A stretch of 62,989 nucleotides of DNA, the filler included, from Octopus bimaculoides (lineage: Eukaryota): assembly GCF_001194135.2 (NCBI RefSeq). It is 6 parts of 6 records of this genome, joined end to end, with 100 filler letters (N's around TTAATTAATTAA, not from the genome) between each part and the next. Parts side by side here need not be neighbours in the genome. Positions count along the whole stretch, not along the records: positions 1 to 27,310 come from NC_069005.1; 5 more parts are not named here. One strand, given 5' to 3'. Of the stretch, positions 1 through 11,965 are shown piece after piece. Within the stretch, counting starts at the first letter, position 1, and each line of letters starts with the position of its first letter. Position numbers and translations under genes: made by a program. The notes beneath the pieces were generated by a model. The model was given only the letters and a program-made list of their open reading frames with translations, made no database searches and was not told where the DNA came from.

Positions 1-77
1 AATATTCCCGTTTGTGAGAGCAATCGAGTCTATTTCATATATTCTCATTTAAAAAAAATCATCTCCAGCTAATTGTT

Positions 78-222
78 GTAAAGTGGTTGGTATTAGGAAG
101 GGTGTCCAACCATAGAAACCAAACCAAATCAGACAGGAACCTGGTGCAGCTCTCCAGCTTTGGTCAAACTGTCCAACCCATGCCAGCATGGAAAAAGGAC
201 ATTAGAGGAGGATGATGATGAT
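78..222 (+). mobile_element. Family D retroposon fragment with (ATG)n tail
   Basis: GTGGTTGG..TTAGGAAGGG..TCCA...CCCATGCCAGCATGGAA...GATGATGATG; same motifs recur at 903, 1436, 4552, 5659, 8318, 15400 and 26206. Confidence 0.75.
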
Positions 223-318
223 TATATGTATGTATCTATCTGTGTGTGTGTGTGTGTGTGTGTACATGTTAATGCACACCCAACTTCATTGGACAGGGAC
301 AGAAGGTAAGGTACTTAC

Positions 319-462
319 ATCAAAAGCTTCCTCAATACCGTCTTCAGTGACCCCTTCCTTAGTATCCTTAGCCTTCTCAAATGCCTCAGCTGAGTACTTA
401 AGGATGAAGAATGACTGCTCAGTAGAGATACACACCAATTCTCCATTGTCACTCCAGTAGAT
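319..462 (-). CDS. COPB2: COPB2 exon 12 (144 nt); last exon in window
   Basis: TAG|ATC...GAT|GTAAGT; [48 protein letters not shown]. Not in the ORF track. Confidence 0.96.
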
Positions 463-3400
463 CTAAAGAAAAAGAGAAAGAGAGAGATATACAAAGCGAG
501 AAACAGAAAAAGTTAGACTAAGACAGAGAGAGAAGTAGAGACAAAAAGAGAGAGAGGCAATAAATAAACAGACACAACACTAACGCCACCACCATAACTA
601 AGAGCATCTGCAACATGAATAGAGAGGATACTCACATGTTTTGGTGTTATTTCGATTCTTCTAATAAGGTCTGTTGTTTCCCAGTCATAAAAAGCTAAAC
701 CACTAACAGAACGTACTCCGAGTAGATGGCCACCATAGATACCTGGCAAAAGAGGACATTCATTATACACAAACACATATAATTATTTTAATTTGCTTAA
801 TGCTTTGCCATTCAGATTACTCTGTCAAATGAATTGCTTAATTAGTAACATTATTTTGATTTAATTATGTATTACCTTGTAGCTTTGAGATGTTAATGAT
901 GTCATCATCATCATCATCGTTTGACGTCCGCTTTCCATGCTAGCATGGGTTGGACGATTCGACTGAGGACTGGTGAACCGGATGGCTACACTAGGCTCCA
1001 ATCTGATTTGGCAGAGTTTCTACAGCTGGATGCCCTTCCTAACGCCAACCACTCAGAGAGTGTAGTGGGTGCTTTTACGTGTCACCCGCACGAAGGCCAG
1101 TCAGGCAGTACTGGCAACGGCCACGCTCAAAATGATGCATTTTATGTGCCACCCGCACAAGAGCCAGTCCAGGGGCACTGGCAATGATGTTGCTCGATCT
1201 CGTCATTGTTTATTTTTAGAATGACATTGCAGGATAGATGTGAGAGGCCAGATCTGGCTGGTTTGAACATAAAACAGCAAGAATATTAAGGCTGGATACA
1301 GCTGGTTTAAATGCTAAAGGGTTTCGTAGCCCTGTATCTTCTCTACAACAAGACAACACTGCCTGCCCCTGTTGTCCTTTTGTTGTCTTGCAAGTTATTT
1401 GGCAACCTCACTAGGGTTAGTGGCATGCAAAAAAAAAAAAGGCACCCAGTACACACGGCAAAGTGGTTGGTGTTAGGAAGGAGCATCTGGCCATAGAAAT
1501 CATGCCAAAGCTGACATGGAGCATGTTGTAGCTCACTGGGTCCTATCACAAACAACATATGCAAGAGAGGCACTTGTGCCGGTGACACATAAGGGGTACC
1601 TGTGTTGGTGACATGTTAAAGGCACCCATGCCAGTGACACATGAAAGGAACCCACGTTGGTGACACGCAAGGGGCACCTGTGCCGGTGACACATAACAGG
1701 CACTTATGCCGACGACAAGTTAAAAGTATAAGGCTCCTGTGCAGGGGACACATACAAGGCCCTTGTGCCGGGGACATGTTAAAGGCACCCGTGCTGATGA
1801 CAAATAAAGGGCACCCCTGCCAGTGACACGTAAAGGGCAATGTGCCAGTGACATGTAAAAGGCAATCATTACACTCTCGGAGTGGTAGGCATTAGGAAAG
1901 GTATCCAACCGTAGAAACCAAGCTGAACTAGACTGGAGCCCAGTACAGACCTTCGGTTTACCAGTTCCAGTCAAACTGTCTAACCCAGGGGTTTTCAAAC
2001 TGTGGTCCGCGGACCACAGGGGGTTCGTAGACAGCAAATACTTTTTATGGGCAATTTGATTTTATATGATTTTTAATCGAAATCTTTTTATTGACAATAA
2101 ACCTATTTGTTAAATACTGTTAAATAAATAAATGCAAAAATATGTTATTTTAAGCAAATATTTATGTATAAATTTCATAAGCGCTTATAAGGGGGTCCCT
2201 AAGGTAAAGCCTGAAATATAAAGGGGTCCGCAAGTCAAAAAGTTTGAAAACCCCTGGTCTAACCCATGCCAGCATGGAAAATGGACGCTAAATGATGATG
2301 ATGAGACAAATAAGTCAGTTTGACTGACAGACAGATGCACTGATAGACTAACAGACATAGATATAGTTCTTAATGCCCAAATACAATATGAAAATACCAC
2401 ATTTGTGTAGAGGTGTGAAAGGAGATGATTATTAAACAGTTTCACTGACCTTCTGCACCAAAATCAGGTTTGAATGTCTTCTGCTCCTTGAAGTTCTTGG
2501 AGATCTTCACCAAACTGTTACTCTCTCGGATGGCATAGACAGCGGAATCATTGCTCCACACAAATTCCTGTGCAGGACCGAAACTCTTGTTCCTCAGTGC
2601 CATTGCTGTGTAGATAATGTACTCTCCATCGCCACACACCACCACAAATCTGTAACAGACGCAACACAGACATCACAGTTTTAGCTGATTATCATTTGCA
2701 TCTATATATCGTGTGTGTGTGTGTGTATATATATATATGTGTGTGTGTGTGGGTGTATATATATATGTATATATACTCTTTACTTGTTTCAGTCATTTGA
2801 CTGCGGCCATGCTGGAGCACCGCCTTTAGTCGAGCAAATCGACCCCAGGACTTATTCTTTGGAAGCCTAGTACTTATTCTATTCGTCTCGTTTGCCGAAC
2901 CGCTATGTTACGGAGACGTAAACACACCAGCATTGGTTGTCAAGCGATGTTGGGGGTATAAACACAGACACACAAACATATATATATACATATATACGAC
3001 GGGCTTCTTTCAGTTTCCGTCTACCAAATCCACTCACAAGGCTTTGGTCGGCCCAAGGCTATAGTAGAAGACACTTGCCCAAGATGTCACGCAGTGGGAC
3101 TGAACCCGGAACCATGTGGTTGGTAAGCAAGCTACTTACCACACAGCCACTCCTGCGCCTGTGCATGTGTATTTATGTATATGATAGAGCGGGTACATCT
3201 TTGATCACAGGCGTACTGGATCAGGGATGACCTGGGGCTAAACAGCAACATGGCCATGGCTGGAACACTTCTGATCATAGTTTTACAGGATCAGAACTGA
3301 CCTAGGGCTAAACAACACTGCTACAAACACTTACAGATGACAATATAAGTAGTGACCAACCTGCCATTAGGGTTGTGTTGTATGCTCTGTGGATAAACCT

Positions 3401-3567
3401 CACAACTGCCCATGTCCTTCACTGCGAGGGGCAATCTTTCGCCATCCCGGATTTCTTGGTCCCCAATGGTCTTGATGTTCGCTTGCTGGATCTCCGAGTG
3501 TTTTGCCCAAATGATTTTACCGTTGACATCCATGGTCATGGCTGGTTCTTCACGGCCAAGCTACAAA

Positions 3568-3598
<31 letters not shown>

Positions 3599-4105
3599 AC
3601 AAAAAATAATGATGGCAATGGTGATGATGATGATGATGATGGTGGTAGTGTGAAAGTGCTGAAACGTTGGCTGTGGTGGTGGTGATGCAATTTTTTTTTC
3701 CCTATGTGCAGTGAATTCAGGAACACATAACTTCAATGTGTCTCTCTTTTTAACCCTTTAACATTTAAACTAGCAATATCTGGCCCAAATTTTCTACCTG
3801 CTTTAAGATGAAAAAGGCCAGATCCAGCCTCTCACACCTACCCAACAAATTTTTCCACAAGAGCAGCAATTATAGGGGAGGGGATGAGTCCATTACATCA
3901 ACCCCAGCATTCAACTGGTACTTCTTTTATTGACCCCAAAAGGATGAACGGCAAAGTCAACCATAGCGGAATTTGAACTCAGAACGTAGCAACGGGTGAA
4001 ATGCCACTAAGCATTTTGCTCGGCATGCTAACAATTCTGCCAGCTCGCCACCTAAATATTAATAATAATAATCCTTTCTTGATAATAATAATAATAATAA
4101 TAATA

Positions 4106-4136
<31 letters not shown>

Positions 4137-7100
4137 CAGTATCTTACCTTTATGATGATGCTTCCTTCATCGTAACCAAGAGCAACGTTGTTTGATCCCT
4201 TCTGACAGGCAATAGTCCAAACTCTTTCCAATCCATAATTCAGTGTACTCTCGAGGCGGTAAGTGTTGGCGTGCCATATCCTGACAGTTCCTAGCAAAAG
4301 AGATATTACACTCAGAAGTCAATTTTTGAAAAAAAAATGTATGTGGAGGGCAAGGAGCAGGAGTAAATATACTAGTTCAACTGTTCTCTTTAACCACCAC
4401 GTTCACCAACAATTTCTTATATGGTGGAACGGGCTTTACTGAGTCAAGAGAGATTATCAGTTAAAACTAACAATGTGTTGAAGTAATCTTCTTCATTAGT
4501 CACACACAAATATACTAGCTGTTTATGTATCAGAAACACACAAAACCAGCCATCATCATCATCATCATTGTCGTTTAACAATGGCTTTCTATGCTGGCAT
4601 GGGTTGGCTGGTTTGACTGAGGATTGGTAAGCCGGGAGGCTGCAACCAAGCTCCCAATCTGATCTGGCAAGGCTCCTACAACTGGATGCCCTTCCTATCG
4701 CCAACCACTCTGAGAGTGTAGTGGGTGCTTTTTACATGCCGCCCGCATGGGAGCTAATCAGATGGCACCGGCATCGACCACACTTGAATGGTGAATTTTA
4801 CATGCCACCGGTACAGGAGCCAGTTAGGTGGCACAAGCATTGACCATGCTCGAATGGTGCTTTTTATGTGCCACCGGCACAAGAGCCAGTCAGTTGGTAC
4901 TGGCATCAATCACACATGAATGGTGCATTTTATGTGCCACCAGTATGAAATACATGTAAGCACACCAACTGTAGGATATGAGAGGATGCTAAAAAATTAG
5001 ACGTGTAGTCCCTCTTTCATTTCTGAAAGTTTTGCATAATGCTCAATCCTTTGAAATTTCTTTAAAGCAACTTACCATCTTCGGAACCAGTCAAAATGAT
5101 GGGCAACTCTGGATGAAACGCAACAGCCGACAGATTCTGGGCATGACCCTCCAGGGTCTGTACACAAGTTTTGTTCTAGAAAAAAAGAGAAAGAAAGATT
5201 CCAAGTGTTATAAAGGTCATAGGTTAGGCAATTGTACGTAATACAGTTTTCCTGACTTAACATGACTGTGTGGTAAGAAGCTTGCTTCCCAACCACATGG
5301 TTCTGGGTTCAGTCCCACTGTGTGGCACCTTGGCCAAGTGTCTTCTATTGTAGCCTTGGGCTGTCAGTGGATTTGGTAGACAAATACTGAAAGAAGCCTG
5401 TCGGATATATATGTATATGTTTATGTGTGTGTGTGTGTCTTTGTGTCTGTGTTTGTCCCTGGTGTGTTTACGTCCCTGTAACTTAGCAGTTTGGCAAAAG
5501 AACCAATAAAATAAGTATTAGGATTACAAAGAATAAGTCCTGGGGTCAATTTGTTCAACAAAAGTCAGTGCTCCAGCATGGCCACAGTCAAATGACTGAA
5601 ACAAGTAAAAGAATACACATATATATATATATATATACACACACACATATATATAAATCATCATCATCATCATCGTTTAACGTCCGCTTTCCATGCTAGC
5701 ATGGGTTGGACGATTTGACTGAGGACTGGTGAAACCGGATGGCAACACCAGGCTCCAATCTAATTTGGCAGAGTTTCTACAGCTGGATGCCCTTCCTAAC
5801 GCCAACCACTCATATAAATATATGTAACAAATGAAATGGTATTTAGTTAAGTGCCAATTTCAAATTCTATCCAAGCCAACTTTGCCCTCCCTTCAACAGA
5901 GCTTTGCATTAAAAGCTTCTCTGGTAGTTCCAGATCTTGACCTTTTGTATAAGTGACTTTACCTGGTAGTCCCAGATCTTGACCAGTCTGTCATCAGCTC
6001 CAGATATCAGATATGGTTTATCACCACCGGAATAATAGTCTACGCAGTTGACTCCTTTCTCGTGACCCTCCAAGGTAAAATTTGGTGTTGACGATCCCAG
6101 CTGCCACACCTACAAAAAAAAAAAAAAGCAAACAAGAAAAATATAAGCAAAGATATCAGTAAAAATCAACATTATTTATTTTACTGGTTTCAGTCATTTG
6201 AATGTGGCCATGCTGGAGCAATGCCTTTAGCCGAACGAATCGACCCCAGGACTTATTCTTTGTAAGCCTAGTACTTAATTCTGTTGGTCTCTTAGGCTGA
6301 ACCACTAAGTTACGAGGATGTAAACACACCAACATCGGTTGTCAAGCGATGGTGGTGGTGGGCAACAAACACACACACAAACATATACATATGTCTGCAT
6401 GTGTCTGTTTGTCTCCCACAACTGCTTGAACACTGGTGTTGGTGTGTTTACGCCCCTTTAACTTAGCGGTTTGGCAAAAGAGACCAATAGAATAAGTAAC
6501 AGGCTTAGAAAAAGAAAAAAAAGTACCAGGGTCGATTCATTCGACTAAAATTCTTCAAAGCAGTGCTCCAGCATGGCAGCAGTCTAACGACTGAAACAAG
6601 TAAAAGATAAAAGATAGGAATGCTGGATTAGGACTGGCTTCAAGTTAAACAACAACAACAATAAAAGCACATGTGGCGATACACACACAAAAAAACAAAC
6701 AACAAAATCACGTGGTGATACACACACACAAAAACAACAAAAGCACATGTGGTGATACACACAAAAAACAACAACAAAAGCACATGTGGTGATACACACA
6801 ATATGTTGGGCGATGGCGATAGGGAGGTGGATGGTTGACCTACCTTAACCGTTCTGTCAAGGGAAGCACTGGCAAACGTATTATTGTCCTTAGGGTTAAT
6901 GACAATTTGCATGACGTAGTGGGTATGTCCCTCAAATACCTGGGTACATGCCCATTTCTTCTCCCAGTCCCACAGCTTGATTAACATGTCATCTGGAATA
7001 GAGAGAAATAACATCATTAATTATTATGATTAGAGATGATGGGTATGGGTGGGTGATGTGGAGGTGGAGAATGGTAATGAGGGAGAAGAAGAGTTGTTTA

Positions 7101-8472
7101 TATGGGTGTATGAATTATTAAGGGACACAATATAAAGCTGGCAGCATGCCCATGGCAGAAAGGGTGCACGGGATGGCATTTCCCCCACACTATTCAATGG
7201 TGAAGCCTCAGATTTACTCCACTTAAAACATTACTACAAACTAGTGCCCACCCAAAATATTCTGAAGCATCACCAGACACCAATGTCTGGCAACAGGCAT
7301 GGCTGGCAGTAGGGCTAGGTGAAGGAATTTGGAATGGCTGGGTTACCTAGTAATACTGACAAACAAAAAAAACATCTGACTGAAATTTTTTTTAATTGTC
7401 CTCAGAGCATGGCATACATATTTGGCTCACAATGAAAGGCACGGTAAAGGAAATATGGGAAGACGGGGTTAGAAAAAGGGACAGTAGAGTATGAAGTGGT
7501 GGTGGTGGGTCACAAATTTGGTTTGTTCATGGGGTAAGGCAGGTGTTTGTTATGGTCTGGTCCGTATCTACTCACCGCTGCTTGTCAGGATGTATGGTTG
7601 AGTGGGATGCACTGCAATGGTACGAACATAGTCCGAATGTGCTTCAAACTGGAACACTCTCTCCAATGTGTTGTAGTTGAAAACACGGATATGCATGTCA
7701 TCCTGGAAAAAAACGAAAACCCAGAAGAGATTAGTGCTCCCACCAACTCCACTTTGTGACAATCCCACACCTGAAACCGTCTGTTTAGGTCTGCTGCTTA
7801 GAATTTAACAAGGATTCATATAACGAACAAACTGGGTTTTGCTCAACAAGCTCCCTGCCACCTAGAAATGTAACTACATCACTTAATCACCGATATTTTA
7901 TGCTAGTTTTCCAATGTTTGGACAGGCTGGATATGTTTGCTCCCTCACAATGTTCCACTTCTTGTTGCGGTCCCTTATTACATCTTTCGTGAGGTACAGT
8001 AGCTTGAGATTAGCCTTCACTGCATCTCTCTTGGGCTTTTTGGGTCAAGAATCATGAATATTTAGAAGCTGATATAGACGATTAAAATTATTCCGTGTAC
8101 ATGATGTCCTCAGTGGGAACCGGTAGGACACACCTTCTTAACTACTTTAGCTTTTAAACCAGCCATATTTGGCCTAAATATTCTACCTGTTTTAGGTTCA
8201 AACCAGCCAGATTCAACCTCTCACATCTACCCTACAATGTCATTTCCGAAATATTCAATCACATCATCAGAATCTCAAAGCTACATGATAATACATGGTC
8301 AATTGAAAACAATCATTATCCTCATCGTTTAACGTCCTCCTTCCATGCTGGCATGGGTTGGACAGTTTGGCATGGTCTTGTATGGCTGGATGCCCTTCTT
8401 AACACGAACCACCCTGCAGAGGAGGCTGAGTGCTTTTTATGTGGCACCAGCACAGGTGAGATCAGTTTCAGA

Positions 8473-8513
<41 letters not shown>

Positions 8514-8978
8514 ATAGTAAGAAACTGTCAATAGACAGGTGCATCATGGAACAATAATACCTTGTGGCATTTGTTTGGCCCAAATTAACACAGATACTCC
8601 CAAATTATTTCCTTGCAGTTAGATGTTCATGAAATTTCTTATAAAACCCCAACCCTGCAAAAATAACTTGAGCAATGATACTTACAGATCCTGTAATAAT
8701 CCAGTTCTTGCGGGACACAAACCTTGCAGCTCTCACGGGAAGATCACAGATCTCAAAAGATTTAATTAGTTGCTGCGAAAGACAAACAAAATAAAATAAA
8801 TTAACGAGAATGATACGGGTATAGCAGTATAGGTTGATAAGTTCATTCAGCAACCATGTGACTCTGGGTTCCATCCTAGAGTGGGACACCCTGAATATCA
8901 GTAACTCTCGTCTCAAGTTGAATGGTACCTTGTGAATGGTATTTGACAGAAGGAAACTCTTCAGATGTCTGTTTTATA

Positions 8979-9014
<36 letters not shown>

Positions 9015-11686
9015 GTGTGTGTGTGTGTGTGTGTGTATTAAAATTCAAAATAAGTGTGGTATTATCTAAGAGTAGTGCTCAGATGGATGAGAGCTTAAAA
9101 TCTGACTTCTTCATCCAGGGCTATTGCCTCCAATGTTGAAAATAGGCTATAAAAACAAGCTTCATTGAGCTGTAATGGAGGTAGAAAGGCAGATAAACAC
9201 AAGTAGGCTTAATGTATATATTTACCTGAAATACAAAACACAGAATAAAAGAAGTAAATGAAAGGAGTTATGGAATAGTCTTATCTTGACAGCTGTTTCA
9301 GGGCACCGTGCTTTATGTTGTAACTACATAAATACATAAATGCCTATGACATCACAGGTGTGTGTAAGAACATAGGTTCCAATGGATTTGTTAGGCAAAG
9401 CCAGATCACCCTCCAGGTGTGTGTGCCTCAGTAAGGGGGCAGCTGATAAATCAGTGCAGCAAACATGTACCTTATTAGTTTGAGTAACATCTCTTAGATG
9501 GACTTAGCCATTTGTGAAAAATAAAAAGAGCGAAGTAAAGTAAGTAACAAAGTACTCGAGTTAATCAAAATGAACAAGAAAACTTTTGACGGTAGAACCC
9601 CAGCATGGCCACAAGCCAATCAAAGGTTATATTATATCATTAATCTCAGTGCAGAAGTGGAAGATCAGAAACTGATATATGAAAAGTGAATAAAGTGAGT
9701 ATTCGCAGTAGGCGCAGGAGTGGCTTTGTGGTAAGTAGCTTGCTTACCAACCACATGGTTCCGGGTTCAGTCCCACTGCGTGACACCTTGGGCAAGTGTC
9801 TTCTACTATAGCCTCGGGCCGACCAAAGCCTTGTGAGTGGATTTGGTAGATGGAAACTGAAAGAAGCCCGTCGTATATATGTGTATGTTTGTGTGTCTGT
9901 GTTTGTCCCCCCACCATCGCTTGACAACCAATGCTGGTGTGCTTACGTACCCGTAACTTAGCGGTTCGGCAAAAGAGACCGATAGAATAAGTACTAGGCA
10001 TCCAAAGAATAAGTCCTGGGGTCGATTTGCTCGACTAAAAGCGGTGCTCCAGCATGGCCACAGTCAAATGACTGTAGCAAGTAAAAGAGTATTCAGTAGG
10101 AACTGAACCTGTATCAGCAAACTGACAGCCTTGGTGCATTAACACAAATAGAGACACATGCAAATCGTTTCCTAGAGAAATCTTACCTGTGATTCCAGAT
10201 TCCAAATATGAACATTGCCATTGTACAGGCTGGCCAACATCCATGGCTCTGACGAGTGTAGGTCTACAGATTTCACACGATCAGACCGTGCTGACAACTT
10301 TCTTTTTATATCCAAACGAAGAGGCTGTTCGAAAGATTAAACATAAAGGAAAACATGATAAGAAATTAAAACATAAAACAAGAGAGAATTTGAAATAAAT
10401 TCTTATGAATTCAGAAATACAATCTTTTGTAGGTTCAGGGGAGTGCATTCAAATTATTCTATCAAATTTAATACTTCTTCATCCATATTGTTTTAAGCTA
10501 ATCATGCATTATTTCGTAGCCTCAAGGTTTCAATGATGCTATCACCTATTTCTAGAATGACATTATAGGTTGGTGTGAGATACCAAATCTGGGCAGTTTT
10601 AACATAAAACAGGGAGATCATTTGGGCCGGATACGGCCGGTTTAAATACTAAAGGGTTAATAGATGATGATGATGATGATAATGGCTGAAGGAAACTTGC
10701 TTGCTAATAGTTCTGTGGTGTTCAGAGGTTGATATTGGTGATGGCAGAGGAAGAAAGGGCATTGTTAATAGCAATGAGGGATTATGGTCAGTGGAAGTCA
10801 TCATCATCATCATCATTTAATGTCCACTTTCCATGCTGGCATGGGTAAGACTGAAACAAAAATGAGTTACAGCAGACGCAGTATGGCCGAATGGTTACAA
10901 AGTTCGTTTTTCAACAAGATCTACGGTTAGAGTCTTTTGTGGGGCATTTTGGACAAATAAGGTTTTTTTTTGTATTTTTTTAAGAGTTACCTCGAGTCGA
11001 CTCGCGACGGGAACTGTGTGGAAGCTCGTCGACTGTACCTGTAATTGAAAAGGTCCAACTCTGTCGTCGCGCTGATTCTTTAAGGATACAAAGGATATAT
11101 GTGCCTCTGGAATACTCAGCCTCTTATTTAATAAGGGCAATGTTTCGATATGACTCGCAGAAAGTCAAAACGAAAGACTGCCTTAAGTATGGTAGACCAG
11201 CTGATCGAAACAAGTGAAAAGTCTTGGACAGAAATTCTAATCGGAACCTATTTTTTAAAATAAACACACACACACACACACGCGCGCAAGCCGAGTTAAC
11301 AACAGTAAATGGAAACTTTACAAACTCTGTCAAATAGCCTAATGGTCAGGGTCGCAGACATCCAGCCAAAAGGTCAGCAGTTCGCAGTCTGTCCGTAAGT
11401 CTGCGTTGTGTCCAGTGAACGAGACAATTGACTTTCAAAAGGGCCCAGCCCATGTTTCTTGAGACAGGTGCCAAATTCAAAACGTTCTGATAGAAAATAT
11501 CGAACTCCACAGGAAGTCAATTGTAAACCACTTTCGTAACCTAATTAGAAAACTTTTTCTAGATATTGATGTTCCACAAAATACACCAGAGAACAGATTT
11601 GACATGACCGATGATTCCATATATACTTCCTATGACACACACACACACATATATATATATATACACACACATATATATATGTACAT

Positions 11687-11731
<45 letters not shown>

Positions 11732-11921
11732 AAACGGGTGTCGGCAATACATAAGCTCAGACAACATATATAATCACACGATTTCCTTGGTTTGAGAGCT
11801 TGAAATATTATACAATAGTACCAGTTTAATATTATTAGTATTACATATGTGTGTATGTCATCTGTTCTAACGCAACATCCACTTTAAATGGTGATAGATT
11901 TTACCTTTTTCACCAGGAAAA

Positions 11922-11965
<44 letters not shown>

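Noticed and set aside
1540-1865. Repeat array resembling a CRISPR array
   Set aside because: Units are ~25-bp degenerate tandem repeats without unique spacers, inside a eukaryotic retroposon, with no cas genes.
9040-9520. Intronic snoRNA in COPB2 intron 2
   Set aside because: No correctly spaced C/D or H/ACA boxes with supporting stems on the sense strand.
10250-10258. HSSEPW instead of the usual HPTEPW as a sign of pseudogenisation
   Set aside because: All exons, splice sites and cargo-binding residues are intact; this is an ordinary substitution or a base error.
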